From Styela clava (taxonomy: Eukaryota): 64,000 nucleotides of DNA. Shown here in pieces: positions 40,501-53,869 of the stretch. Every line of letters begins with the position of its first letter. The stretch's first letter is position 1. A model generated the notes under the pieces. The model was not told the origin of the DNA, did not search any database, and was given only the letters and a program-made list of their open reading frames with translations. The stretch is taken from NCBI RefSeq assembly GCF_964204865.1, contig NC_135261.1, forward strand, positions 682,001 through 746,000, written 5' to 3'. The translations under genes and the position numbers were made by a program.

Positions 40501-43500
40501 AGCGGAAAACCAATGACACAGCTCAATCAAATAGCGAATCCCACCCATTACCAGTTCATGTTGGATTTGGAAATAGTTAACTAGTTAATTGTTTCAGATA
40601 CATGGACTTAATGGTGAGGAGTCCGGTATACGACCAGCGGTTATGTTAACCTCTCGCACATAATTATCCCGTATTGGATTTCAATCGGGAAACCACACAA
40701 GGTAATTAATCGAAAGTGCAATTACAAAGAAATACCGAATGCACAGCCCTATGTAAACACTTACCTACACAAGTGGGCACTTCCCCCCAAGTTCCATTTT
40801 CTTCGCATTTTCCGATGTTGGATCCTTGAAGAACGTATCCAGCATTGCATGAATATTCGATAGTTCGACCAAATTCTAAGTCAGGTGCGGTCGTAGTGTC
40901 TACAGTCCCGTTGTCTGGAGCTTTGGGTGCCTGGCAGGTATGTACTGTAACTGAACATTGAAACAGTTATAAGGGTGCAGACTAGACTTTTCAACAAATT
41001 TGCCAAATTTCATATTGTATAAGTATTTGCATCTCCTTAACCATGAATAAAAAACAAGAATTTAGAGCCCGGATCTGTGGATGGGCAAACTATAACCCGT
41101 CACAGCCTTATGTGTTGTCAATCAGCTCTCGGAAAAGTTGCGAAAATTTTTAACGACTACCAGACTACATACAAAAATGAGACTTGTTTTCAAACTTAAC
41201 TCAAAAAATCTAATCTGTGAATTGTTAAAACAGTATCAATGTTTTTTTAATTTCCGGTTCAGAAACCATTAAATTCGACACCACCATAGTAAATTGGAAT
41301 TGTGATTGTGATGTCACATACAATTTTTTGAATGAGATCCTTGCCAAAAAAGTTTGCCCCCACCCCCTCCTCTAGAGTCGAAACAAGACAATTATTGAAA
41401 TATGAGGAGCCCCTATTCTTGGATCACACTTTTTTTTGTTTGGGGCATTAGGGTCTGATCAATTCTGTACTTGTCTTGAGGTCGTTAAGGGTCTAAAAAG
41501 CGTTTCAAGATATGAAAAGATGCTTTTATTTTTACATTTAAAAAAAAGGAAAGGGGGGGGGGGGATTGGGGGTTGGTTGGGAGGGGGTAATGATACCAGA
41601 CCCAGATTTCTCGAGTAGAACGCCGAAACGACAGCAACAAAGGGCACGAAGCGAGGCTACGCAAGATTACGGACGCCATCTTACAGTAATTTTTTTCTGT
41701 CTTATATTAGGGTGGCTTGAGGGGACAAAGAAAGTAATTTTTATAGAATAAGTCGTAGGCGATAACGTTGATATCTTTTATTCAAGCAAATACGTTTGGT
41801 GTTTTGTGATTCGTTTTCAAATATCGCTTCAAAAAAGGCGTTAGACAAGACAATTACTAATACATAAGAAACAACCTCTTTTGGAAATGTCGCAATTTTC
41901 CCTGTTCTGCACCTCAGGTGCTGAGGAATTTCTAATAAAGATATTAAGGCGTACTAGAGAGCGTGTATGGGAGAAGTATTTTCCGAATAAAAACGAGAAA
42001 GAAAAGGCCACACCAACCTGTACTCTGTTTGAATTTTGTAGTTTGTGGGAGCAAAGTAGAGAGAAAGGCTTCCTTAGTTGACCACGGGGATGTAGCAGGG
42101 ACGGTTGAAGAGCGCGTCGTGTTCTTGACTTTGTTACCTGTGTGAAAAAGTGAGTTTATATTAAAAGTTCATAGTAACATTTATAGTTTTGATTACTTCA
42201 AGGTAAGAATGAGACACTGAATTGCAATGTCAATATATTTCGAAATTTTTCTCTTTAACCGTTTTTGCACAATCGTCTTATTATCGATTACTAGGACTGA
42301 AAGTGACCTTTCTAATAACTATTCTATTGCATGCGATACCAAATACCATAGACTTTCATACCCTGAGGAGTGGTCGTTTCTTTGACTCCTACAACAGGGG
42401 GCTGCACTGAGTTCGTCTCTGCTTCTTCCATCACTTTTTCCAATTGATTGAGCTCACTTTTCATCCCGTCTAATCGTTCCGTTAAAGCTGCGAAGCATAA
42501 ATAAAACAGAAGTGAAATTGGGGCCATAAGTTTTACAATACATTTTCACTGAATTTTTTGTTATAAGATTTGAATCGCTTCCTTTCTGGTTAAAAATAGG
42601 AGAGATATCAGATGGGTATTGCTAAACTACACGTCATGATGTGATTGTTAAAAAGGGCGCGATAAAAATATAAAAGGATTGAGCTTTTTCTAGTAAAACG
42701 ATGGTACTCCAGAAGTATGCGTACCAAGATGGCGGGCACTGGAACGTAGTATGTGTACCAGGTTAGGGTTGAGCCATAATTTCATTCCAATATTCGAGTT
42801 CGAGGACTAGTCAAGTGACTCCCGTAGTTTTTGTACCTAAAATTATGGCCTAACCCTAACCTGGTACACATACTACGTTCAAGTGTCCGCCATCTTGGTG
42901 GTACGCATACTTCAGCAGTACCAAAACGATTGTTTAGGGGCATTGTTTGCTGTCAGACCGTTAAAAAATATGAAAACATAGCATACGTATTTCGAAAGAA
43001 ATTGTATTGTGGACACGAACCTTCCAAAGCTTTCTCTTCTTCTTTTGTGCACTGTCCATTCTGAAATAGAACAAGAGAAAAAAGTTTGAACACATGGAGA
43101 TGAAGGCTGCACTACGCTAAAGTAAGGGGTTAGCTGAGCAAGTGTTCAAACAAAACAGTCAAACAAAACAGTTATTTTTACAAATAATACTGCCTATATG
43201 CAACTACTGCTGAAGCTCTCACCGTATTAACGTCTCTCCAAGTAGGTTCCCCATTGCAAACCATAGGCGCCCAGCATTTCTCACCTGTTGAGAGAAAATC
43301 GAAATTAGAAATCGAGGGAATTGTTTCGTTTAAAATAGATAAACGAAAATTAAGTTACTGAACTTTTTTTTATAACGAGACTAATTCATTACCCATCAAC
43401 TTATGGCGCGAATTCGCCCATTCCATATATAATTTTACACTATTAAGCGAAATATTATCCTCCATTGTGATTGGTTGAATCAAATTTGAAATATTACGCC

Positions 43501-44366
43501 CGCTTTGGCGGAACCTACCAATGTTTAGCGGTCTTACGGGCATAAACGAGGATCTGACCGATAACCGCTGTTCAATTTCTAGTTTTTGAGAATCGTTTCA
43601 ATGTTTCTGGCGAACATTGCACTCGGGAAAGTCAAATTCTCTCATAGTTTGCTGCTTTGGACTTTTCGTTTAGACTTTGATTAAGATAGTTCCGAATACT
43701 TCTGAAGTTTATTTAACATCCTTCAATGACTTTTATTTTACGTTTTATACGCTTTTCTACCCGAACGAAACTATGTGTGAACGGCCACTGAAACGTAATT
43801 AACTGCTATACTTTGAATTGGCAGCAATCTTGTTGGTTCGGCATTGCCTATTCAGTTGACAACACCATGGGTGAAATGGTGGCTATAAAATTGAACCAGA
43901 TATTATACTACGAGATTCCAAAATAAACGAGTCTAATGCTGTACAAATGAGCCACCACGCCCGCTAATCTACGACCAAATATTCTCGTCTGAACAAAACG
44001 ATTTGAGAATTACGATACCAAAAATTGAAGTTCAAAAGCTAAAACTTTTCATGATCCTCTCCTCGGCAATTCTAAAACTAAAGCGTCTTATCGCATATTT
44101 TTAAAACAATATTATGATGAAGAAACGGCAATTTAGCACGAACTACTGTACGGCAGGGAACACGCATTGAATACGAAAAATCATTTATCATTTGTATCAA
44201 TGACAGTCTCCGCTCTTGGAGTGCAATGAAGATCTAGTTAGATTTTCACTTCAACTAATCTGATCTCTAACGCAAACCCAACATAGAATGCACGACTTTA
44301 CTAACCTTTAATCAATGAAAATGCCCCGATGAACATAAGAAGTATGCATGAAATCGGAATCTTCAT
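33589..44366 (-). CDS. Secreted mosaic protein: signal peptide, Cys motif, coiled coil, S/T-rich, CCP(sushi), MAM-like, CCP, C-type lectin (13 exons, 521 aa)
   Basis: Exons with GT-AG ends and consistent phases: 44366-44306, 43284-43223, 43060-43021, 42487-42362, 42137-42018, 40950-40765, 40127-40035, 39275-39143, 38408-38324, 37427-37346, 37237-37064, 34547-34339, 33783-33589. Total 1566 nt with no internal stop. Starts MKIPISCILLMFIGAFSLIKG and ends YHGAICEIDL. Confidence 0.8.
35394..35513 (+). pseudogene. Decayed 28S (LSU) rRNA 5'-end fragment in intron 11 (paralogous copy at about 60239-60360)
   Basis: ACCCGCTGAATTTAA (35416-35430) is followed by AGTAATGGTGAATGAACTGGAAAAAGTCTGGTGTCCAATC, colinear with LSU AGTAACGGCGAGTGAACAGGGAAGAGCCCAGCGCCGAATC. 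Most differences are C>T or G>A. Confidence 0.7.
36515..37040. repeat. Intronic minisatellite, about 85-bp unit (also 35540-35700 and 61640-62100)
   Basis: Repeated CCCAATCGCTATTTGAATGGCCTCC..ATACAGGGCTATTG...GGGATGGATATATG. Confidence 0.85.
37064..37237 (-). CDS. Exon 11: CCP/sushi domain 2
   Basis: PCAKRNLENGTISP...VSYSCSSGYTLEGGQTGTCKADGSWSTTPAC. Phase 1-1 exon. Confidence 0.9.
37346..40127 (-). CDS. Exons 7-10: short, divergent MAM-like domain
   Basis: Begins LTCDFESSTNPTCGY, has an internal LCMS and ends GNVELDNITTSNSSEC, resembling the MAM start CDFE..CGW and end IALDDI..C. Confidence 0.65.
40765..40950 (-). CDS. Exon 6: CCP/sushi domain 1
   Basis: CQAPKAPDNGTV...IEYSCNAGYVLQGSNIGKCEENGTWGEVPTC has the 4-Cys plus Trp pattern. 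Phase 1-1 exon. Confidence 0.9.
42703..42922. mobile_element. MITE with about 80-bp TIRs and 8-bp TSD (Merlin-like GGTAC termini), in intron 3
   Basis: GGTACT..GAAGTATGCGTACC.. and ..GGTACGCATACTTC..AGTACC. TSD AAAACGAT at 42695-42702 and 42923-42930. Partial relatives at about 10998-11110, 31268-31350 and 60450-60607. Confidence 0.85.
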
Positions 44367-44486
44367 TTCGAATTCAAGAATTACCTCAACTTTGCTACAA
44401 TGAAAGTCGATTTCCAAACAGCGTAGGTTAGAATGAAGCTTAAATTCATTCGCATCGGAATATATCCTATGCAAGCTCACTCACTA

Positions 44487-44493
44487 CTTTATA
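44487..44493 (-). promoter_or_regulatory. Possible TATA box of the lectin gene
   Basis: TATAAAG on the minus strand, about 120 nt upstream of the ATG at 44366. Confidence 0.3.
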
Positions 44494-44749
44494 GCGGAAA
44501 GATAAATTGTTTTCTCTCTTTTAAGTTTCGGGAGACGTGTTTCGTCACAAAAAGAGAGTCTGGGCTGCTCTTTCTATCTTTATGAAACGAGGACGACGAC
44601 GGCTCTGATGACAATTTTATTCAAAGTACTTTATACATTTCTATTAAAACTGAAATAATTTAATTATATAATTACGGACTCAGGAAAATTTCGTGATTCG
44701 GGGACATGCAGAACGCTGGATTTTAGCTCTGCTTGAAATTTAAATCGGA

Positions 44750-47700
44750 ATTTAAATTGAAATATTTTTCTGAAAACTGAGATATCACATGCTAAGGAAA
44801 CCAAATACCGCGATTCAAGGACATTTATACACATTGAAAATATTTGACAAAAGATTTACTGTTGAAATAAATTTCAAAGCAACGTTTATTCACCACTTAT
44901 AGAAGGGTGTGGGTGGAAATCACTATTTCAGAGGGACAGGTATTCACCACTTATAGAGAGGGGTGTGTGGAAATCACTTTTTCAAAGGAACGGTTATTCA
45001 CCACATATAGAGTGGTGTGTGAAAATCAATGTCTCTAGTGATACCTGCATAATTGATGTTTGCTTTAGATGACGTTTCCAATCAATTTTCCCATTATACT
45101 AAAACATGTTCAACTGGTAGAAAGCAAACAATACAATTCAGTCAATGTCTTGGGTATCAATGCCAGTGGTTTTCGGTGGAGCGGTAATATTTGGTTTAAT
45201 TCGTTGGTGATGTAGATAATGAGCGAAATCTGATACCAGGGTTATGTTAGTTTAAAAACGGCAAATGTTTCAAACGTTCATTTCCTGAAACCAAACAGGT
45301 CAAAAAAGTTGAAAACAAATTGAACAGGTTAAAATATTATTTATATCGATTACGCAGAGTTGAATCAGAAATATCAGCGATTATTGTTGTGTTATGTAAC
45401 ATGGCCTTTCCCTCATGCTCATGTTCAATTGCTGATACTGTTTTTGAATAGCTATTTGTTTACCGTTTATATAACATTATGTGAAGAAACTTTAACACTG
45501 AATACATCAGTCGAAGATTTCATTATTATATTACCTAAAGCACTTTCTAGATTTCTCTAAAATCTCAGAGAACACACATGATAATGCAATAAATACCGCG
45601 ATTCAACGACATATAATACTTAGGGCCCTGGCTATGAAGACAATTTTAATCCAAGTACTTTCCGAAGTTTTTTTAAAACTGAGATAATACATAAACAGAT
45701 TTATAAAAATATCTTGACCCAGGGACAAACAGCACGCTGTAATTTAGTTATGCTTAAAATTTTAATCGACATGTTCCTATATATCTTGGAAAACTGAGAC
45801 AACACAAATGAAAATGCGTTGAATTACTGGGATTCAGGAACGAAAACACGCTGCACTTCCCTATTTTCAAAGTTGGTGATCACACGGGATTTAAAACTCC
45901 GAGGTCGGAATGGCAGACTTTCTTTATAGGCGAGGTCTTGTACTGGTGGCCACTGAATATATGTCATATCATCCAAAATTTTGAAAGATTTTTTTATTGT
46001 GATTAAACTTTTATTAATTAAGAAAACGTTTTATACATGAGAAATCGGCAATTACCATTTTAGCGTCAAAATTTTATTTATTACCTATTAATTTGTCGCC
46101 CAGAGCTAAATAATAATTAGGCTGGCGTCCTTCAATAAAATGCTGCGCGCTGTATTTTAATCAGCTCCTGCCCCAACAGATAGCAGATCTCTGGCAATTT
46201 ATTTGTTTCGTCCGTGAGTTATTGTAAAATGAATGAAATCGTTTGTGACGCAGTGTGAGATTTCAGGTGACAAAGTGAGGGATTTAAAATATCGAATAAA
46301 ATTAGTTTCGGTTGATTTGGATATTTGATTCGTTTTGGACGTGAGAATTAGTTGCCAATTGGGAAGAAGCCAGGCGGAGGAAGCACTTTCTAGTTTTTGC
46401 GTAAATCCCCGAACATCTAGGATTAAGTCGAATCAATCACTGTTTTGAGTCATATCGTTGGTCAGTTTCGTCCGAGTTATTTCATTCAGGTAACACGAGT
46501 CAATTCAGGTCATTGATAAATCGTCATTGGAGCCTTCACAGCGCTGCTACTTTCACATTGGGATATTTGACATTAGCTTTATTGTTAAAAAAATAATTTC
46601 AGGGGTAGGGTTATTCACCACTTACAGAGAAGGGTATGCAAAAATCACTGTCTCTCGTGAGACATGCACAGTTGCTGTTAGTTTTAGTCCACGTTTTAAA
46701 AAAACTTTATTTTATATTATAATAGAACATGTTCAACTGATGAAAAGCAAACAATACAATTCAGTCAATGTTTTGGGTGTCAATGCCAGTGGTCTTCAAG
46801 CCTTCCGGTCGCGCGATGATATTTGGAGAGTAATATTTGGCTGAATTCGTTAGCAATTGTTAGACTATGCAAAATCTGATGCCAGGGTTATGCTAGTTTA
46901 AAACGGCAAAAGTATCAAACGCTCATTTCCTGAAATCAAACAGGTCAAAAAAGTTGGAAACAAGTTGAACAGGTTAAAATATTATTTATATCGATTACGC
47001 AGAGTTGAATCAGAAATATCAGTGATTATTATTGTGTTATGTAACGTTGCTTTTCCCATTGTTCTTTTGTTTGCATTCTAAATAACATTATGTTAGTGAG
47101 CAAATTTAGCACTAAATATATCATTCAAGGACCTGATTATGATATTAACCAAAGCACTTTCCAGATTTCTCAGAAACTGATACAACACACATGATAATGC
47201 AACAAAATACCGCAATTCAATGAAATGTGACACTTTTAGCCCTGGCTATGATAACAATTTTGAACAAAGTACTTTCTACAGTGCTCTTAAAACTGAGATA
47301 ATACACAAACAGACTCATGAAAATATTGAGATTCAGGGACAAACAGCATGCTGTATAATAGTTCTGCTTGAAATTTTAATCGAAATTCTGTCCCTATATT
47401 TCTCTGAAAACTGAGAGTTAAGCCGGCGTCTTATGACTCAATAAAATATAGCGCGCTGTATTATTTGACTTTGCCCTACCAGAAAACTCTGGCGATTTAT
47501 TCATTTGGTACGTAAGTGAGTTTTCGTAAATTAAATGAAATCGTTTTCGGTGACGCAATTTGAGATTTCAGGTGTTAGAGTGACGGATTTAAAATATCGA
47601 ATATAATTAATTTCGTTTGATTTGGATATTTGATTCGTTCTGGACGTCAGAATTAGTTGCCGAATGGGAAGAAGCCAGGCAGAGGAGGCACTTTCCAATT

Positions 47701-47960
47701 TTGGCGGTAATCTCTGAACCTCGAGGCCAAGTCGAGTCAATCACTGTGTTGTGCCTCATCGGTGGTTAGTTGCGTTCGTGTTATTTAATCTAGGTAACTC
47801 GAGTCAATTCAGGTCATTGATAAATCGTCATTCGAATCTTCACAGCGCTGCTATAGTGGGAGGGGGGAGGGGGATACATGCAGAATTGCTGTTAGATTTA
47901 GCCGATGTTTTTTTGCCGAATTTTATTTTCTAATATAATAAAACATGTTCAACTGGTAGT
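44750..47960. repeat. Duplicated repeat blocks related to the 1-9.4 kb macro-repeat, including a 3x ~55-bp tandem at 44885-45035
   Basis: 45100-45800 matches 46720-47410, and 46120-46545 matches 47420-47850. Shared motifs TCTGATGCCAGGGTTATGCTAGTTTAAAAC and AACTCCGAG.TCGGAAT.GCAGACTTTC with the left repeat. Confidence 0.8.
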
Positions 47961-49699
47961 CTTGGATGTCAATGCGAGTTGTTTTCCAGCCTAATAATGG
48001 CAAGTCTAATGATAGCTAATTAAAATGACTTTTAAAGTGTGACAGGTTCACCAATAGTGGCAAACATATACCCTCTTCGATTTAATTGGAAAACCCTGAG
48101 CTGTGCTGGCGGAACCCGACGGTTCCAACCCCTTTTTTGAGAGACCCAAATTTTCTACAAAAGAAGTTTTGTATAAAACCTCGCAATCCAATATATGCTC
48201 AAATATTGATCGGCATTGTTGTGCTTCTGGGGCCGCATTTAAATGGCTAATTTAGACAATCATTTTTATATAATATTTAGGTCCCGAAAATTACTTCGAA
48301 GTAAGAAAAAAATTGCTAGATTTTGTATTTCAGTACTTAAAGACGGATGAAGTTGCTTGAATGCTACGGTTTTTAATTACCATTCGACGTCGAAGTCACA
48401 CCTGGGGTTTCGAAACACTAATATGTCGAATCGGCTATGTTTCGACTTCCGGAACGGGTATTATGACGTCATGGTAAATGCCAACTGAACTTCCCCGAGG
48501 TGTCAAGTTTGGACTTAGATAAAAAGCTTAATGTTCTTTTTAGTTGACTTTCATCCCTCACCCGGTACGGAATCATCTGCTTCAATAGATTTATGTCATA
48601 TATACCTGTTCTTTCTTCTAATATTTTTTTCCTGTCTCCCGTTGTCCAGTCCACTACCAAGGATGATTATCTTAAGTAGGCTGTGATAACAGAGCGCCTA
48701 CGAATTCCCGAATATTTCTCCAAAACACAAACTTATTCACTGCATCTAATCTACAAAACGGGGAAATTACTATCCCAAATTACTATCTGATGTATTGCGT
48801 GGCTCTCTGATACAACCTAGTGTAATGACGACTTCTCATTAAAGAATGCTATATTGATCTTATAAAAATAAGTTTTAATTAGATAGTTTAATCTTGGGTG
48901 CCGCTGCTAGATAACCAACTTTGGTTCTCTGCGGCTTCCCTTGTCCGTGAAATTATGTTCTTTAATTTTTGCTTGTATTTTGCACTGTTTATTACTATTT
49001 TACTGGTTGGAAAAAATAAACTTGACTATGACTATCAACTATTTTTGTCACTAATTCAGGAGAATGGAGAATAGCTGTATTGACAATTCCTCCACGCATT
49101 ACATTATGTGTGCATTGAAGCATGCAGTTTATACCCGCGACTTTCGCAGTCTGTTTTGACATGGTGGTTTGTTTTCACAGAACAACAGAAATAGACGATC
49201 GGTACCGCATTTGAGTAGTCGCTATCAGGTCAGGTAGTTACAGTCGGTATTGTTACTGTATTAGTTCTTAGGCCTATTCTTGTACTAGGAACTGGTAGAT
49301 GGTAACTTAACGTTGTACCTGTACCAATATCATTTACTGGCTAGTGTTTTTGTACCGATACCGTTCCGGTACTGTCAAATGGTGCCTTGCTGATTCTGTC
49401 AGTCACGCCTCATCAGTTTTGGAATAATGGAGATACTGTACCAATTACATACCCGTAGGCCGTAGTGTAGTTTGAGAAGGCGTCCTGATAATTCTGTGAA
49501 TCTTTCAACTTTCTGACATGGTTCGTGCTAACGTGAAGTGTTCTGCTATTTCAGAGTATCACAGTATTATGCTACTAATTCCAATTTTTTTTTTGACTGT
49601 TATGTAAAATCATGAATGCTACCAAAAAGTCGATCGTTTAAAATTTCTTACACCCTCTCCTCGAGAAGACTGTAACAAAAACCTACTGACTCAGGTATA

Positions 49700-50480
49700 G
49701 AATAAATTTGGCATCACAGCACATTTTTGTTCTAAAGATTTTGTTCTTCACAGTTATATCATTGGTGTAAAGCCTGTACATGAAAGGCACACTGCCGACA
49801 ATATTGTAGAATGGATTTGTGAAACTGTCGGGCATTACAGCATTGTAAATAAAGTAACAGCTTCGGTCACAGATAACGGCTCCAACATGCTGAAAACGAG
49901 AAAAATCCTGGAGACTGACAAATATTTTTGGAATGTTAATTGAGCAGCACATACTTTACAACTGTCACTTTAGTTTCATTTGTATTAGTATTTCAATTGG
50001 TCTGTGTAAAATCCCGTTTTCTTATTGTGCAACTTTGTTTAATGCAACTGCGTCAATATTTGGAAAAAGAAATGTCTGGAGTGGGTCAAGGTGAAATCTA
50101 TGAACAAGATTCAATAGAATGCCCAGATGTGAACTAGAATCAGCAATCAACTCATCACTTTTGTTGGACCTCATTTCATATTTATAGGATTTTGCTGGTT
50201 CAAAAGGATTTCTTGCATCAGATAATATAGCAAATGAGCTCAACCATTACATGAGATGCAAGACTACTAACATTGATCCACTTACATGGTGGCGTAGTAA
50301 CAAAACATGTTATCCTAATGTGTCACAGCTTCCCCTCAAATATCTATCAATTCCAGCGACGTCAACACTTTGTGAACGAGTTTTCTCATCTTCAGGCCGT
50401 ACAGATAGAGAGTTGAGGTTTAACCTAACAGGCAAACACGTAGAGGCCCTGGTTTATTTGGGGGGGGGGGGGATGCGGAT
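49700..50480 (+). pseudogene. Decayed Ac/ZBED-like hAT transposase (element probably about 48400-50863)
   Basis: HTADNI..VTDNGSNM at about 49790-49890 and DPLTWWR..YP..LSIPATSTLCERVFSSSG..R..LTGKHVEALVYL (hAT dimerisation). Weak GTTTCGAAA inverted ends. Confidence 0.8.
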
Positions 50481-52494
50481 TTATGATTGCATGACATAAT
50501 TATTTTAATTATTTTTTTTCTACAATGATCATCAGTTTTATTTCTTTTATAATATTGTAAAATTTCATTAGGATATTCTGTTTTGTACTATTTGCAAACT
50601 GTTTTGTCATTCAGCACCTTTGTGGAGAGAATAACTTGAATGAAGTGCTTCGGGTTAATATTTCATGCTTTTGAATTAGTTTAAAGTGTTTCACACATTT
50701 TGGATTTAATCCTTGGAAATATCTCTTATTATACATTGTTGTTACATTTAATATTCGATGTGTAGGCTACTAATGGGGCCATATTTGATTGTTTGTAAAA
50801 ACTTGTGTTTAGTTTCGATCTTGCTTCAAAAATGAAATTTTGTACCGATTTCGAAACACCATTGCCTGGCCACCTGACACACCATTAAATTACATTTGAC
50901 ACGATTCCCTCTGCGATGGCATGTTAGTCATATGTACTTGTTCACCTTATTTATGAGCGTTGCTCTCTAATATTGAAAAAAATATTGACATAGATGAACA
51001 AATCTTGTTGTTGGAACGATTATTACAATGAAACGAATCGGAGAATATCACGTGATTACAGAAATAACATTTCAGCAAGCAAAATCGTCATCGGGTTATT
51101 ATGATCGAAAAATTCACAGTATTCTGCACTGCACAAAAAAACTGTTGAGATTTGGATTGTCTGTGTTTCTGTGTTCCTTCAAAGGTTGTCTATCTCATTG
51201 GCATTGCTTGTACGGATGAGTATTCGTGGACATATGTGTTGTTTTGTCATCTTGTACACTTTCTCGTGTTGTTACCGCATGTATAAATCGCCATGGACCA
51301 ATTGCTATAAAACTTTCAGATTCACTTTTGTTTCAAATTTACTTCAAAATTTTCTGTGACTCCTAAAAAATTCGTTTTTTTGTACGCGGTGACTTCATGA
51401 AAATTAAAAAATGGCTGCGATACCTTTCGTGTTTATATATTTGAGAATGTCTCTTTTGTTTCTATAGACGATGCTGTGAGCCAGCTTCTTCCATTGGACC
51501 ATATTTCAGGAGAAACGTTGAATCAGACGGCCTGGTCAACATCGATTACCATTATGAAGTGTTTCTTGCAGTATTCTCGAAGGGCGACATGGAAGTACTC
51601 GCAAGAAGTAGAAAGCTATAGGAGGTTTTTCTGATGTGAGTTCGTTTTTTTGTTGCCGAGTTTGCTATTGACCTCTAACCTTTCAATTCTCTGCACCTGT
51701 TTACCTTTCAATTTGTGGCCTTTGCTGTGATGACATATTCTACAATAAATCTCTTTATATGACAGTTCGACCCGAACAACTCTGTATATACAGCCACTGA
51801 TTAGCGCAGAGCTCACTTTTCTGATAAACCCTGCTCGTTCAGAGCTTTGTTTAGGGCGAGAGAATGAACAAATCCTGACATATTTTCACAGCATTGATGT
51901 AGAAAAGGGATAATTTATACCCGGATCGGTGAAGATCTTGATATTCTGCCAGTGTCGAATAGAGATGACTTGAACCTGGACTGACGGGAGAAAATATACG
52001 ACTACCATGTCTGCAATGACGTATCTACGTAAAATGGCGCCAGTGAAATTACTCTAATATACGCCACCTAGTTTGTGATTAGCTTCGCCAGTTCATCAGA
52101 GAGAAAGAGAGCGACGATTATATTGTCATTTCCTTTTGCTTCATGTTTTAATACGTCAATATAGCATCTAACATTAATTGTACTGTTAAATTAGTCAAAC
52201 TGCCTAAAAGGAGGTGCACGTTTTCAGTCATCTGAAAACTAGGTTTTTATCTGACAAGGTTTGGTAGGAGGGTGATAAAGTTGTAAACAAGTATAAAACG
52301 TAAAATGTGTGAATTCAATTGTAACGACGCACATTGGCTTGTTTAGGGTTCGTCTTGTAGACCGTCAGTCAGTAGTTTATTTTTTGCCAAAATGAACATA
52401 CACTTGATGAAAACAAACACTAGAAAAAAAAACATGAAAATGACATTTCACGGTGAAGAGATGCGAGTAAAACAAGCGGGCAACAGACAGCCAG

Positions 52495-53702
52495 CCCAGT
52501 CGTATGTGATCCGCCATCCATTTTATTTAGGTAAACTCTAATAATTTATATGTCCTCCTGGTAAGCAATTACAGAATTTGAAAATGTAGACTGAAGACGC
52601 CTAGAATTTGGGACAGTAAATGTGCCTTTTCAATAAAATTGGAATGACTGAAAAATACAAGTGTAACGCAAACAGCACAAGTGGGAAAATGGCTGGTATT
52701 TGACAAACAGGACAAATGTTGCACAAGCAAAACGAGTGTTGTGCAAGTAAGACAAGTTTGATATAAACATCACTGATGTGGTACAAACGAATCAAAAATG
52801 AATTCAGCGTGTTCTTCACATGTATTTATTCTAAATTTGATGAAGAAGGCGCCATAGCCTAACCGAATTCGGGCTGTATTTTAAAAATTTGTTATTTCTG
52901 ATCAAAAATACTTTATTGTATTGAAATTATTGAATGATAGAAAGTTTGCAGGAAGACGAGAATCCGAAATCACGTAATCCCAGGCGGTCAGCCATGCAAG
53001 TTTTAACCTAGGATGACTTTGCTCAACTTCCGACCTCAGACGTTTACGGGTTTAATTAACGTAACCTGGTCGCGGACCTCGGTCGATGCTTCTTCTGTTT
53101 GGGTATTGTAATTAAGCTACGACGTTCGTTCAACAGCTGAGACCTACAAAGCGTAATGTTGTAAACAACTAGTATTTATCATAAGTATAGGTATATATTA
53201 TATGAGTAAGAATATATTCGGTTTGACCGGGACACCGTTAAGCAACATACACCCCAGTCGTATTTGGTCCTCAAGCCAAAATTATTAGAAAAACTCTAAT
53301 AATTTATATGTCCCTCTGGTAAGTAAATACACAATGTTAAATATTAAGTCTGAAGCCGCATAGAATTCGGGACGGTAATTGTGAGTTTCTAATAAAATTG
53401 AAATGAATAAAGCAATACAAGTGTGACGCAAACAGCAGAAGTGGAATAATGACAAGTATATAACAAGCAGGAAAAGTGTTTTGCAACAAGACAAGTGTGA
53501 TACAAACATTGCAGATGTGGGACAAACGCAGCAAACACGAAACCAGTATGAATTCGGCGTGTCCTCAATAAGTATTCATTATAAATTTAATGGGAAAGGC
53601 ACCGTAGGCTAATCGAATTTAAGTTGTATTTTAAATATTTTGTTATTACTGATCAAAATTCTTTTTAATGTATTGGAATTATTGAATGATAGAAAGTTTG
53701 CA
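52495..53702. repeat. Diverged direct repeat pair (about 52495-52950 and 53253-53702)
   Basis: Shared AAACTCTA.TAATTTATATGTCC and ATTATTGAATGATAGAAAGTTTGCA blocks, offset about 750. Confidence 0.8.
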
Positions 53703-53869
53703 AAAGGATCAAACATCAGGTAATTCCTTGCAATTACTATGAAAAAACAATGGTTGCTAATGATCCTTGCTTTTGCGCCAAAACATGTAACTTGATTTGA
53801 AAGTTGCTGACGACAGTGACATTATCTCACCATAATGGGACACAACTCTTCGATAGATACGTAAATAGG

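Noticed and set aside
42987-43060. Longer exon 3 using the GTATGC donor near 42986
   Set aside because: It gives phase 2, incompatible with exon 4. The GTTCGT donor at 43020 keeps the frame and a continuous coiled coil.
51000-52050. Coding-looking stretch with Cys/His motifs (CRICHHSKGH)
   Set aside because: No consistent frame, splice chain or recognisable domain. Probably a decayed TE or pseudogene.
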